DNA of 15,494 nucleotides. It comes from a virus. Numbering within the stretch: position 1 is the stretch's first letter; every line of letters begins with the position of its first letter. Both the position numbers and the translations under genes were made by a program. The stretch is from the UHGV virus genome UHGV-0123274. One strand, given 5' to 3'. Shown here one piece after another: positions 1-7,588 of the stretch. Under the pieces are notes generated by a model that was given only the letters and a program-made list of their open reading frames with translations, searched no databases and was not told where the DNA came from.

Positions 1-55
1 CAATTCGAATATTGGTTACGTCTGCATGTGCTATCTGCGCCCATATCATCCAGTG
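1..55. repeat. Left copy of a perfect 55-bp terminal inverted repeat (partner at 15440..15494)
   Basis: Bases 1..55 are the exact reverse complement of 15440..15494; identity stops at base 56 versus 15439. Confidence 0.9.
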
Positions 56-149
56 GTTATAACAGTCGTTGATGTTCTCTGCTTCGATAACCCTGTTGAA
101 TGGCTCTCCATTCCATTCACCTGTGACTCGGAAGTGCATTTATCATCTC

Positions 150-176
150 CATAAAACAAAACTCGCCGTAGCGAGT
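150..176 (-). terminator. Putative intrinsic terminator downstream of the distal nin-region genes
   Basis: Hairpin actcgc-cgta-gcgagt at 161..176; on the minus strand it is followed by a U-rich tract (complement of aaaacaaa at 153..160). Confidence 0.4.
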
Positions 177-222
177 TCAGATATAATTTCCACCAAAGGC
201 AGTAGTTGCTTGATGCTAAGAA

Positions 223-651
223 TTATTCAATATCTATTCCTGTAATATCTTTTATCTTTTTCCTTGCAAAGCCTTTTGCTAGTGATTTTGAAACACTCAT
301 AAGTGTACTAATTCCCTCATCCTTAAAGTTTGTTTTTATAGCTTGCCAGACATCCTTTTGACGTAAGTCAGCAATAAAATCATGCCCTCTTGCTGTCAAC
401 CTCAGTGGTACTTCGATCCAACTATATCCAACACCTTCCCCTAACGCTTTGGACAATATATGACCGAACCCAGGTTTTCCATCAACCCTGACTATTAATT
501 CGTAGTCACATAATAATCGCATATGGAAAATAAAATCTTGGTCATATCTATTAAAGCCATTATCCTCTAGTTCACTAAGCATCGTGTCAGGGCCACGAGT
601 TTTTTCGAATGCGATAAGTAGATCTTTTAGATATTGCTGGTCTAATTTCAT
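223..651 (-). CDS. Hypothetical phage protein, 142 aa (possibly DUF2513-like; assignment uncertain)
   Basis: ORF with GGAGG 5 nt upstream of ATG at 651; last gene of the minus-strand operon before a terminator-like hairpin. Confidence 0.6.
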   Translation of the reverse strand: MKLDQQYLKDLLIAFEKTRGPDTMLSELEDNGFNRYDQDFIFHMRLLCDYELIVRVDGKPGFGHILSKALGEGVGYSWIEVPLRLTARGHDFIADLRQKDVWQAIKTNFKDEGISTLMSVSKSLAKGFARKKIKDITGIDIE

Positions 652-679
652 TGCCGCCTCCGTGACATGTCACAGAGAT

Positions 680-1018
680 TTATATCATTAATTTTGTTTC
701 GTGCCAGCCTTTGGTCACCCAGCATTGTGAGTCACCATTACACGGGCATGAATTAACAGGAACTCTCTCGCCGCACTTACCGCACCGTTTTCTGCTGATC
801 GATTTTATACGCCAGCGCACACGTGCATCATCCTGGCGGCTCAGTAACGCGATGTACTCACCAAACTCGCAAGGCGCACGCCTGAAGCGACGCGTGGCAC
901 AGTTACGCTCCAGCATTTCAATTTCCTGAGCATCAAGTACAAGCTCCAGCTTACGCATACCGGATGATGCTTGCTTGGCTCTCTGATCGGCTTTGTGCTC
1001 TGTTGCTGATTTAGCCAT
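680..1018 (-). CDS. Hypothetical nin-region protein, 112 aa, with Cys-rich C-terminus (CGKCG...CPCNGDSQC), possible zinc ribbon
   Basis: ORF in operon context, overlaps upstream gene stop by 8 nt; Cys cluster seen in translation. Confidence 0.55.
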   Translation of the reverse strand: MAKSATEHKADQRAKQASSGMRKLELVLDAQEIEMLERNCATRRFRRAPCEFGEYIALLSRQDDARVRWRIKSISRKRCGKCGERVPVNSCPCNGDSQCWVTKGWHETKLMI

Positions 1019-1358
1019 TCTGCTTTTCCTGCATCAGGAGAAAGACAATCATGGCGGCGCGGAGAGGTCTGGTATCAAATATTGGGCTTACGCCTTTTGC
1101 ATCCACACACCATTCAGTTAACTGGTCTAAGATAGAAATCCTGTATTTCTCAATAATCGGCCATGAAGCGCTCGGATCATTGCAGTAGTCAGGCAAATGA
1201 TTTAATGGCTCAAAAGTTGTATCAGCATTTCCGTAATACCATTTGTTGGTGTTATTCCCTGATGTTTCCGGTTTACTTGCCCAAAGGCCTTTAAAAATTA
1301 TGTCTCCTACCATTCTGTTAATTTCAAAATCACTTAACTGTGAATAATCCATTGTCAT
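1011..1358 (-). CDS. Hypothetical nin-region protein, about 115 aa from ATG at 1358
   Basis: ATG at 1358..1356 overlaps the ninE stop (ATGA coupling); the track ORF extends to 1394 but that start lies inside ninE. Confidence 0.6.
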   Translation of the reverse strand: MTMDYSQLSDFEINRMVGDIIFKGLWASKPETSGNNTNKWYYGNADTTFEPLNHLPDYCNDPSASWPIIEKYRISILDQLTEWCVDAKGVSPIFDTRPLRAAMIVFLLMQEKQNG

Positions 1359-1531
1359 TTCCTCGCACGATATCTTAGCCACCGGATATCCCACAGGTGA
1401 GCTGTGTAATTGAAGGTTTTTACGTCAGATTCTTTTGGGATTGGCTTGCGTTTATTTCTGGAGCGTTTCGTTGGAAGGTATTTGCAGTTTTCGCAGATGA
1501 TGTCGGTGAAACTTCGTCGCTGTCGCCTCAT
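1355..1531 (-). CDS. ninE: NinE-like protein, 58 aa
   Basis: Translation [58 protein letters not shown] matches lambda NinE as I recall it; ATG overlaps the methyltransferase stop (ATGA). Confidence 0.8.
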   Translation of the reverse strand: MRRQRRSFTDIICENCKYLPTKRSRNKRKPIPKESDVKTFNYTAHLWDIRWLRYRARK

Positions 1532-2058
1532 GCCGCCCTCCTGACGCCCTGCCCGATCGCCATCAATGCCGCTTTGGATACGGTAGTAAACATCCGTCGA
1601 GGACTGATGAACGGTCGCCAAATCAGCAGCATGGAGCCTTTGCTGTTTCCCTTCTTCTCCAGCCCTGTCGATGGTTCGATAAAATTAATCCGTCCATCAG
1701 TGATAATGCGAACTTCGTCGACACTCTCCAGAGCCTTGCTGAACCATCCGACTGACATATCCTCTGGCACAAGCATAACTACCGTCTGTCGCTGTTGTAT
1801 GCACTGCTCAGCGGCTTTTTCCACCCACGGCCTGATATTGCTGTACGGTGGGTTATTCCAGATTGCACCGTGGCTTACCCACTCAGAATTGAGCGCGTCG
1901 TCGGCCTCAGTTAGCCAGTGAGCACACAGAGCATTTTTGTCGCTCGCTGCCGAATCCAGCCAGAATCCAAACTCAATATCCAGTGCATCAAAAAGCCAGA
2001 GCGGCGTTTGCCAGCAGTCTCTAACTTCTTTTGGTGTTTCTGATTTATGCTTAATCAT
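1528..2058 (-). CDS. dam: Phage Dam-family DNA N6-adenine methyltransferase
   Basis: 176-aa product with catalytic NPPY motif and LDSAAS SAM-binding-like segment; ATGA overlap with upstream HNH gene. Confidence 0.85.
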   Translation of the reverse strand: MIKHKSETPKEVRDCWQTPLWLFDALDIEFGFWLDSAASDKNALCAHWLTEADDALNSEWVSHGAIWNNPPYSNIRPWVEKAAEQCIQQRQTVVMLVPEDMSVGWFSKALESVDEVRIITDGRINFIEPSTGLEKKGNSKGSMLLIWRPFISPRRMFTTVSKAALMAIGQGVRRAA

Positions 2059-2582
2059 TCACCCCTCGCATATTGTCCGTGATATTTGTTGATAGCCTCA
2101 CTGGCAACCAAACCAGCAAGCTCAAGATCTTCATAGAACCCAAAATGCAACCGGCCAAAATCTGTGCGCACTTGAACGGCCCATTTATTTTTTTGCTTGT
2201 TCCATAAAACATTTTTTATTCCAGAACGGCTATTGCACTTAGTTTTCTGATTTCGGCTGTTTGCTATCCGGCTTGCCTCCCTAAGATTTTTTGGGGAATT
2301 GTCCAGCCTGTTTCCGTTAATATGGTCAATATTTTTCAATGGCATTCTTTTGTTGTGCAGCGCAAAAACAACTACGTGAACAAACATCTGAATGCCTGCA
2401 AAACACACCTGTCTATACCCAGATCCATTTATCGATGTTTTAATTTCATCTCCGGCCCGGTGGCTGTGGTTGGGGTGTTTTAGCGAGTCCTTTTTGTATC
2501 TGACTGTATCTCCGTCTAAATACAGATAATCCTCAATAAGCCGATACCTATCTGACGCTGGCGTATTTGATTTGATAGTCAT
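2055..2582 (-). CDS. HNH homing-type endonuclease (HNH motif plus AP2-like DNA-binding region)
   Basis: Motif NIDHINGNRLDNSPKNLR (HNH) followed by WNKQKNKWAVQV...FGFYED (AP2-like); ATG at 2582 overlaps ninB stop (ATGA); track ORF start 2642 lies inside ninB. Confidence 0.8.
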   Translation of the reverse strand: MTIKSNTPASDRYRLIEDYLYLDGDTVRYKKDSLKHPNHSHRAGDEIKTSINGSGYRQVCFAGIQMFVHVVVFALHNKRMPLKNIDHINGNRLDNSPKNLREASRIANSRNQKTKCNSRSGIKNVLWNKQKNKWAVQVRTDFGRLHFGFYEDLELAGLVASEAINKYHGQYARGE

Positions 2583-3019
2583 GCAGCCCGATCTCCCCAT
2601 CTCGCTTTCCACTCCAGAGCCAGTCTCGCTTCGTCTGACCACTTAACGCCACGCTCTGTACCGAATGCCTGTATAAGCTCTAATAGCTCCGCAAATTCGC
2701 CTACACGCATCCTGCTGGTTGACTGGCCTATTACCACAAAGCCATTCCCGGCAAGGTTAGGAACAACATCCTGCTGCTTTAATGCTGCGGTAAACACACA
2801 CTTCCAGCTTTCTGCATCCAGCCAGCGACCATGCCATTCAACCTGACGAGAGACGTCACCTAAGCAGGCCCATAGCTTCCTGTTTTGGTCTAAGCTGCGG
2901 TTGCGTTCCTGAATGGTTACTACGATTGGTTTGGTTGGGTCTGGAAGGATTTGCTGTACTGCGTGAATAGCGTTTTGCTGATGTGCTGGAGATCGAATTT
3001 CAAAGGTTAGTTTTTTCAT
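2579..3019 (-). CDS. ninB: NinB (Orf-family recombination mediator)
   Basis: Translation from MKKLTFEIRSPAHQQNAIHAVQQILPDPTKPIVVTIQERNRSLDQNRKLWA closely matches lambda NinB as recalled; GGAGAGGG Shine-Dalgarno upstream of ATG at 3019. Confidence 0.9.
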   Translation of the reverse strand: MKKLTFEIRSPAHQQNAIHAVQQILPDPTKPIVVTIQERNRSLDQNRKLWACLGDVSRQVEWHGRWLDAESWKCVFTAALKQQDVVPNLAGNGFVVIGQSTSRMRVGEFAELLELIQAFGTERGVKWSDEARLALEWKARWGDRAA

Positions 3020-3044
3020 GACTTCCCTCTCCCCCAAATAAAAA

Positions 3045-3075
3045 GGCCTGCGATTACCAGCAGGCCTGTTATTAG
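3045..3075 (-). terminator. Intrinsic terminator between helicase gene and ninB (tR2-like position)
   Basis: Hairpin ggcctgc-gattacca-gcaggcc at 3054..3075; on the minus strand followed by U-tract (complement of aaataaaaa 3045..3053). Confidence 0.55.
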
Positions 3076-3095
3076 CTCAGTGATGTAGATGGTCA

Positions 3096-4532
3096 TCAGA
3101 ATCCCCCTTTCTTCTTGGACTGCGGTTCCTTGCGTTCACGGCGGCGAATTTCAGCAGACTGTTGGTCTGTGTCATAAATAGCGCCATTTGCCTGAATGCA
3201 ATACACCGTACCGGTATTGCCATGACGATTGAGACGAAGGATTAGTTCGGTTTCACCAGGTGGAACACTGTCATCAAAAGCGCCTTCACGATGGATCCCA
3301 ACCCAATAATCGCAATCCTGTTCAATCTGCCCTGTATCTCGTGAGTCACTTGGTAATGGGCGTTTATTGGTTCGGCTTTCCAGTGCGCGGTTAAGCTGCG
3401 TCAGAAGCACAACAACGCAATCAAGCTCTTTGGCAAGGTTCTTCAGTCCTTTGGTGATCATGCCGTAAGCAAGGTCGTTGCGATCGGCCTTCTCAGCGGT
3501 CATTAGTGTCAGGTAATCGACCAGAATCATGCCAACACATCCTTTTTCTCGCTTGATTCGACGGCTTTCGCTGACGATTTGAGCCAGAGATAATCCCGGC
3601 GTGTCGTCGATGTAAAGCATGTCGATTTCACTCAAGCGATTAGCTGTTTCGATCGCCCTGTTGAAGGCACCATCGTAATCACCCTGATAGCCGTCATCAG
3701 CGTCATTTGTCGCCGGAAGGTAAAAAATATTCGGGTTAACACCAGACTTCTGCCCTACCAGTTTTTCCAGTATCTGATCACCTGGCATTTCAAGGCTGAA
3801 CATCAAAGCGGGCTTTTTCTCATGCACTGCGCAATTGATTGCCATCTGGCTGTATAGCGTCGTTTTCCCCATCTTAGGGCGAGCGCCAATGACAAACAGA
3901 GAGCCTTTCACCAGACCTTTCGGTGACAGCATCCTGTCCAGCGATGGGATCCCTGTGCTCATTCCCCGTTGTTCGCCTGATGGGTCAAATCGCTTCTCAA
4001 GGTCGCTAACCCAGTCTTCCATGACCTCACCAAATGAACGAAGGCCGCGACGCGATCCGGTTTTTGCATGGTCTGTCAGTTGCGTGAAAATCGCCTGAAT
4101 AGCTTCGTACTTCTGCGTTGCAGTCATTCCGTTGCGGGAATAGAGCAATTCCGTCGCTTCAGTCATGCGGTTGATGGCGTAGCGTTCCATTGCGGTTTCA
4201 CGAACCTGCATTGCATAGGCAACGATGTTTGCTGCGCTTGGCGTGTTCTTTGCGATCTCAGCGATATAAGCAAAACCGCCAACAGACGCCGTTAACGATT
4301 TACGCTCCAGTTCATCGAAAAGCGTCAGGCCATCTACTGGCTTTTGCTCCCGGTGCATTCTGGTTATTTCTTCGAAAAGGATTTTGTGTGGTCGGCCGTA
4401 AAATGAATCAGGCTTCAGCATCGCCAGAACTTTCCGGACGCGCTCACTGCTGTCATCATCCAGAAGCAATCCACCAATCACCGCCTGCTCTGCCTCGATG
4501 CTATGGGGCGGCGCATAAAAATTATCGGTCAT
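3096..4532 (-). CDS. DnaB-family replicative DNA helicase
   Basis: 478 aa from ATG at 4532 (GAGGG RBS); Walker A GARPKMGKT and DnaB-like N-terminal region; overlaps the stop of the O-like gene. Confidence 0.9.
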   Translation of the reverse strand: MTDNFYAPPHSIEAEQAVIGGLLLDDDSSERVRKVLAMLKPDSFYGRPHKILFEEITRMHREQKPVDGLTLFDELERKSLTASVGGFAYIAEIAKNTPSAANIVAYAMQVRETAMERYAINRMTEATELLYSRNGMTATQKYEAIQAIFTQLTDHAKTGSRRGLRSFGEVMEDWVSDLEKRFDPSGEQRGMSTGIPSLDRMLSPKGLVKGSLFVIGARPKMGKTTLYSQMAINCAVHEKKPALMFSLEMPGDQILEKLVGQKSGVNPNIFYLPATNDADDGYQGDYDGAFNRAIETANRLSEIDMLYIDDTPGLSLAQIVSESRRIKREKGCVGMILVDYLTLMTAEKADRNDLAYGMITKGLKNLAKELDCVVVLLTQLNRALESRTNKRPLPSDSRDTGQIEQDCDYWVGIHREGAFDDSVPPGETELILRLNRHGNTGTVYCIQANGAIYDTDQQSAEIRRRERKEPQSKKKGGF

Positions 4533-5421
4533 CGTGTTCACCCTCACGAACTTTCAGGTAGGTATTATCGTTAAGCAGGAAATCAAATCCCTTTTTGTGC
4601 CAGACGGTTCCGCGCTGATGGTTTGGGCGCTCTTCGAACATCCATCGGCAATTTTCGCCTACGTAGCTCAAATAATTTCTCCAGTCCTGCATCGTGAAAC
4701 CATGCCCGTCAAGCTGTCGGGTTATCACTCCGGCTTTGCGCCAGAACGTTCGGATCTGGTTTTTACGCTTGTCATTCAGTGCGCGGATTCTTGGCGCTTC
4801 AGGAAGGATTTCGTGGTAAGCATCGACAACATCCTGACAGCTGACGGAAGGTTTTTTCTTGTCAGACTTTTTGTCTGCTGTGGCACTCTCTAATACGTCA
4901 GTATTAGAGATAATATTATTATATTCTTTATCTGTGGTAATTTGCTGGTAATCTGCTGGTACAGTATTGCTTGCAGGCATTGGTATTGCTGGCTTTGAGG
5001 TGGTAATTTGCTGGTAATCTGCTGGTACAAAATTTGACTGATAATCGTCATATTTCTCTACCGAGAAAACTGAGAATTTACCGTGTGAAACCCAGTCAAT
5101 CATGCCGAGTTTTTTGAACTTTCTAAGCAGGTACTGAACGCGATCTGGTTTGAGTCCTGTTTCAAACGCCAGAGTATTTCTACCGCCAAGTAGCTTCCCT
5201 CTGCCTACCAGAATTTCTCCTGCGTCAGTCATTACATACTCAGGCGTATGCTTTGCTTTGAGGATTAAGTGAACCCACAGATGCGCAGTTTCTGCGTCCT
5301 TGTAAAACGGCACATCCATAATTTTACGGTGCAGCAAGGCATACCCCTTACCGCTGCTTTGATGCGGTTGTTGTAGCCTTCTGGCCTCTCTGGCTTCGGC
5401 TAGATTAGATATGTTACTCAT
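4522..5421 (-). CDS. Replication initiator, lambda O-like (contains origin iterons)
   Basis: 299-aa ORF with AAGGAG RBS; sits between cII and helicase; internal tandem peptide [10 protein letters not shown] x2 coded by DNA iterons. Confidence 0.8.
   Translation of the reverse strand: MSNISNLAEAREARRLQQPHQSSGKGYALLHRKIMDVPFYKDAETAHLWVHLILKAKHTPEYVMTDAGEILVGRGKLLGGRNTLAFETGLKPDRVQYLLRKFKKLGMIDWVSHGKFSVFSVEKYDDYQSNFVPADYQQITTSKPAIPMPASNTVPADYQQITTDKEYNNIISNTDVLESATADKKSDKKKPSVSCQDVVDAYHEILPEAPRIRALNDKRKNQIRTFWRKAGVITRQLDGHGFTMQDWRNYLSYVGENCRWMFEERPNHQRGTVWHKKGFDFLLNDNTYLKVREGEHDDR
4900..5040. repeat. Origin-like iteron array plus adjacent AT-rich tract inside the O-like gene
   Basis: 30-bp direct repeat gtggtaatttgctggtaatctgctggtaca at 4934..4963 and 5000..5029, built from shorter ggta(a/t)t..gc sub-repeats; AT-rich tract at 4900..4930 downstream in O direction, as in lambda ori. 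Confidence 0.65.
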
Positions 5422-5560
5422 GACCTTTCTCCTTCTGCATCAGCTTCACTTTTTCCAACTCAGCCCGGAATCGACCAGGCTGCTTGAAGCTGGACAGGAA
5501 GCGATCACGTAGTATGTGTTTGTGAATTTTGTCCTGGTAAGGACTGAGTTGTTTTGTCAT
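5414..5560 (-). CDS. Small 48-aa ORF between cII and O, translationally coupled to O
   Basis: ATG at 5560 preceded by AGGAG 5 nt upstream; product [48 protein letters not shown]; stop overlaps the O start. Not in the ORF track (below its length cutoff). Confidence 0.4.
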   Translation of the reverse strand: MTKQLSPYQDKIHKHILRDRFLSSFKQPGRFRAELEKVKLMQKEKGHE

Positions 5561-5594
5561 AATGACTCCTGTTGATAGATCCAGTCTTTCTACA

Positions 5595-5873
5595 TCAGGC
5601 CTCGAAGAATTCGCCGTTCTTCGGGGCTTTTTCTTTTGTCAGCATTCTGGCTACTTTCTTAGCCAGTTCCGCCAACTCCTCGTCTTCAACACCCCATTCA
5701 AGAACAGCCAGAAGCATTCCCATTTTTGGGATGAAGCTGTCTTTCCATCGCGAAATTTGCGATTCATTAATCCCTAACGCGTCGGCAACCTTTCGCTGAC
5801 CACGTACAGCAATTCGATTCAGGATGTTGCTTGTAATTGCATTCGCTTTCTTGCGAGTACTTGTAAGTTGCAT
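5595..5873 (-). CDS. cII: CII transcriptional activator
   Basis: Motifs QISRWK, IPK and [10 protein letters not shown] match lambda CII; true start taken as ATG at 5873 (AAGGA RBS) because the longer track ORF would cover the nutR site. Confidence 0.85.
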   Translation of the reverse strand: MQLTSTRKKANAITSNILNRIAVRGQRKVADALGINESQISRWKDSFIPKMGMLLAVLEWGVEDEELAELAKKVARMLTKEKAPKNGEFFEA

Positions 5874-5930
5874 ATGTAAGTATTTCCTTAACAAATAAGA
5901 AGTTATGCGCATCAAATTATGCGCGTTGTA

Positions 5931-5975
5931 TTCCCGCATTTCGGCGGGAATGAGGACCATGACTGTTAAAGAGCG
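5931..5975 (-). promoter_or_regulatory. nutR-like antitermination site (boxA plus boxB hairpin)
   Basis: Minus strand reads CGCTCTTTAACA (boxA consensus) then hairpin uucccgc-cgaaau-gcgggaa; located directly downstream of cro, as in lambda. Confidence 0.6.
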
Positions 5976-5983
5976 GGTACTGC

Positions 5984-6202
5984 TTAGGCGGCTTTGTTAC
6001 TGGATGGAGGGAAAACATCATCCAAAGAACATTGGCACCCTAACTTCCTGAGGCCTTCTACGATCATTCGGCAATCGTTAAGGCCAGGAGTACGGATATT
6101 CAGCTCATAGTTGGCGATGCGGGATTGCCCCCAACCAATTGCTGAAGCTAGTACAGCTTGCGAAACTCCGATTTTTTTTCGCTGCTGGGCAATTTTGTTC
6201 AT
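5984..6202 (-). CDS. cro: Cro-like repressor (XRE-type helix-turn-helix)
   Basis: 72 aa from ATG at 6202 with AGGGAG RBS; HTH segment IGVSQAVLASAIGWGQSRIANYE; divergent from cI. Confidence 0.8.
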   Translation of the reverse strand: MNKIAQQRKKIGVSQAVLASAIGWGQSRIANYELNIRTPGLNDCRMIVEGLRKLGCQCSLDDVFPPSSNKAA

Positions 6203-6219
6203 TGCGGTCTCCCTAGCAT

Positions 6220-6305
6220 TAATCACACACCCATTACACACAATTTGTGATTAACAGTCAACCTCAATTCGTGTACAGAGTTCAATCACGTTGCGTGTTA
6301 CATTT
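6220..6305. promoter_or_regulatory. oR operator region with pR (minus strand) and presumed pRM (plus strand)
   Basis: pR: -35 TTGACT (6256..6261) with 17-bp spacer and -10 TGTAAT (6233..6238) on minus strand; palindromic CACA..TGTG-type sites, one (acacaatttgtgatt) near-identical to a site in oL. Confidence 0.6.
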
Positions 6306-6310
6306 AAGGG

Positions 6311-6958
6311 ATGAAAACGATGCATGAAATTATCGGGGAAAGGATCAAGTCCCTTAGAGAAGCTAAAGGACTTAGCCAGGCTCAATTGGCCAAGCTTTGC
6401 GGCTGGGCTGCGCCTTCACGCCTGGGGAACTACGAGTTAGGAACAAGAAAGGTTAGCGCGGATGACGCGCTGGTTCTTGGGGCGGCACTCGGCGTATCTC
6501 CGGCAAAAATAATGTTTGGCGAGGATTCAGACGCCGTATTTCGCCAATATGAATACCCGTTATTTTCTTCAGTGCAGGCCGGGCCATTTTCGGAGGTGGG
6601 AAGCTACACAGCCAGCGATGCAAAGGCATGGGTCCCAACGACCACAAAAGCCAGCGAAAAAGCTTTCTGGCTTGAGGTGAAGGGGCATTCAATGACGGCG
6701 CCTCAGGGGGTTCGTCCAAGTTTTCCGGAAGGCATGCTGATACTCGTTGATCCGGCTGAGCCGGTAGAGTCTGGGGATTTCTGCGTGGCTTCTGCAAATG
6801 GTGATTCAGAGGCAACGTTCAAGAAGTATGAGAAGGATGCAGGGGTTAGTTACCTGGTACCTTTAAACCCGGCATATAGAACACTGGATTGCGACCATAG
6901 CTGCCGCATCATAGGCAAGGTAGTTAAGGCGCAGTGGCCTGAAGAGACGTTTGGCTGA
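6311..6958 (+). CDS. cI: CI-type prophage repressor (N-terminal HTH, C-terminal S24 LexA-like autopeptidase domain)
   Basis: 215 aa; [15 protein letters not shown]; Ala-Gly cleavage candidate in VQAGPF; Ser in GHSM and Lys in TFKKY; C-terminus AQWPEETFG resembles lambda cI as recalled. Confidence 0.9.
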   Translation: MKTMHEIIGERIKSLREAKGLSQAQLAKLCGWAAPSRLGNYELGTRKVSADDALVLGAALGVSPAKIMFGEDSDAVFRQYEYPLFSSVQAGPFSEVGSYTASDAKAWVPTTTKASEKAFWLEVKGHSMTAPQGVRPSFPEGMLILVDPAEPVESGDFCVASANGDSEATFKKYEKDAGVSYLVPLNPAYRTLDCDHSCRIIGKVVKAQWPEETFG

Positions 6959-7108
6959 TCGGCAAGGTGTTCTGGTCGGCGCATAGCTGGTGAAAAAATT
7001 ATTTAATGCGGTGTATTGGCTGATTGTAACCCCATGTAACATCTTGCCGTCACCATTTCGGTGGTTAGATTTTTAATAAAAAAAAACAAATGTATAGCAA
7101 GGTTTTTT

Positions 7109-7588
7109 ATGGATAAAATTAATTACCCACCCCTGTTTGAGCCAGGGTTCCATGACATGGATGAAGCTGGATTAAAATCGTATTGTGTCGATTGCTTTCC
7201 TTCATCATCCAGGCGAGGCATGCTATACTGTAATTTTATACAGCTACTCGAATCTATTCGAGAATTATCTGCTCAATATGGCTGTTTTACAGAAATATGG
7301 GTTGATGGTTCATACACCACGTCTAAACCAGAGCCTGATGATATTGATATTTTGTTGGTATGTGACTATAGCAATATAAACTCAATACCTGTCATGCTTC
7401 GGGGCCGCGTCGATAATTTGCTTGACCGAAACTACATCAAACAAAACTACAAAATTGATGTCCTACTACTCATGAAGAATTTAGATGACCCTAACTATGA
7501 TTATGAGTACTGGCGTAGCTACTGGCGCGGTTGGTTTGGTTTTGATCGCAGTGAAAACCCGAAAGGGTTAGTGAGGATTTTTTTATGA
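7109..7588 (+). CDS. Minimal nucleotidyltransferase-fold protein (Pol-beta superfamily), 159 aa; first gene of rexAB-position cassette
   Basis: Motif VDGSYTTSKPEPDDIDILLV fits the GS-x9-DxD signature (compare LFGSYARG...SDIDLLV in MNT proteins); ATG at 7109 preferred over GTG at 7061; visibly AT-rich. Confidence 0.65.
   Translation: MDKINYPPLFEPGFHDMDEAGLKSYCVDCFPSSSRRGMLYCNFIQLLESIRELSAQYGCFTEIWVDGSYTTSKPEPDDIDILLVCDYSNINSIPVMLRGRVDNLLDRNYIKQNYKIDVLLLMKNLDDPNYDYEYWRSYWRGWFGFDRSENPKGLVRIFL

Noticed and set aside
711-929. 72-aa plus-strand ORF
   Set aside because: Lies entirely antisense within the 112-aa minus-strand gene.
1397-1921. 174-aa plus-strand ORF
   Set aside because: Antisense to the coupled ninE and methyltransferase genes; no RBS or operon logic.
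3835-4893. Four plus-strand ORFs (3835..4098, 4068..4295, 4190..4561, 4534..4893)
   Set aside because: All antisense inside the helicase and O-like genes, which have strong family signatures.
5562-5799. Two plus-strand ORFs overlapping cII
   Set aside because: Antisense to cII in a region that also carries the intergenic RBS; low-complexity translations.
5874-5960. Longer cII ORF starting at 5960 (121 aa in the track)
   Set aside because: The extension would translate through the boxA/boxB nutR site; the internal ATG at 5873 has an AAGGA RBS and gives a lambda-sized CII.
6453-6815. 120-aa minus-strand ORF inside cI
   Set aside because: Antisense to the well-supported repressor gene; proline- and arginine-rich translation typical of a GC-rich antisense frame.
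7061-7108. GTG start at 7061 extending the nucleotidyltransferase ORF by 16 codons
   Set aside because: The first ATG at 7109 has a better-placed RBS (CAAGG 6 nt upstream), and the extension would overlap the putative promoter in the cI-cassette gap.
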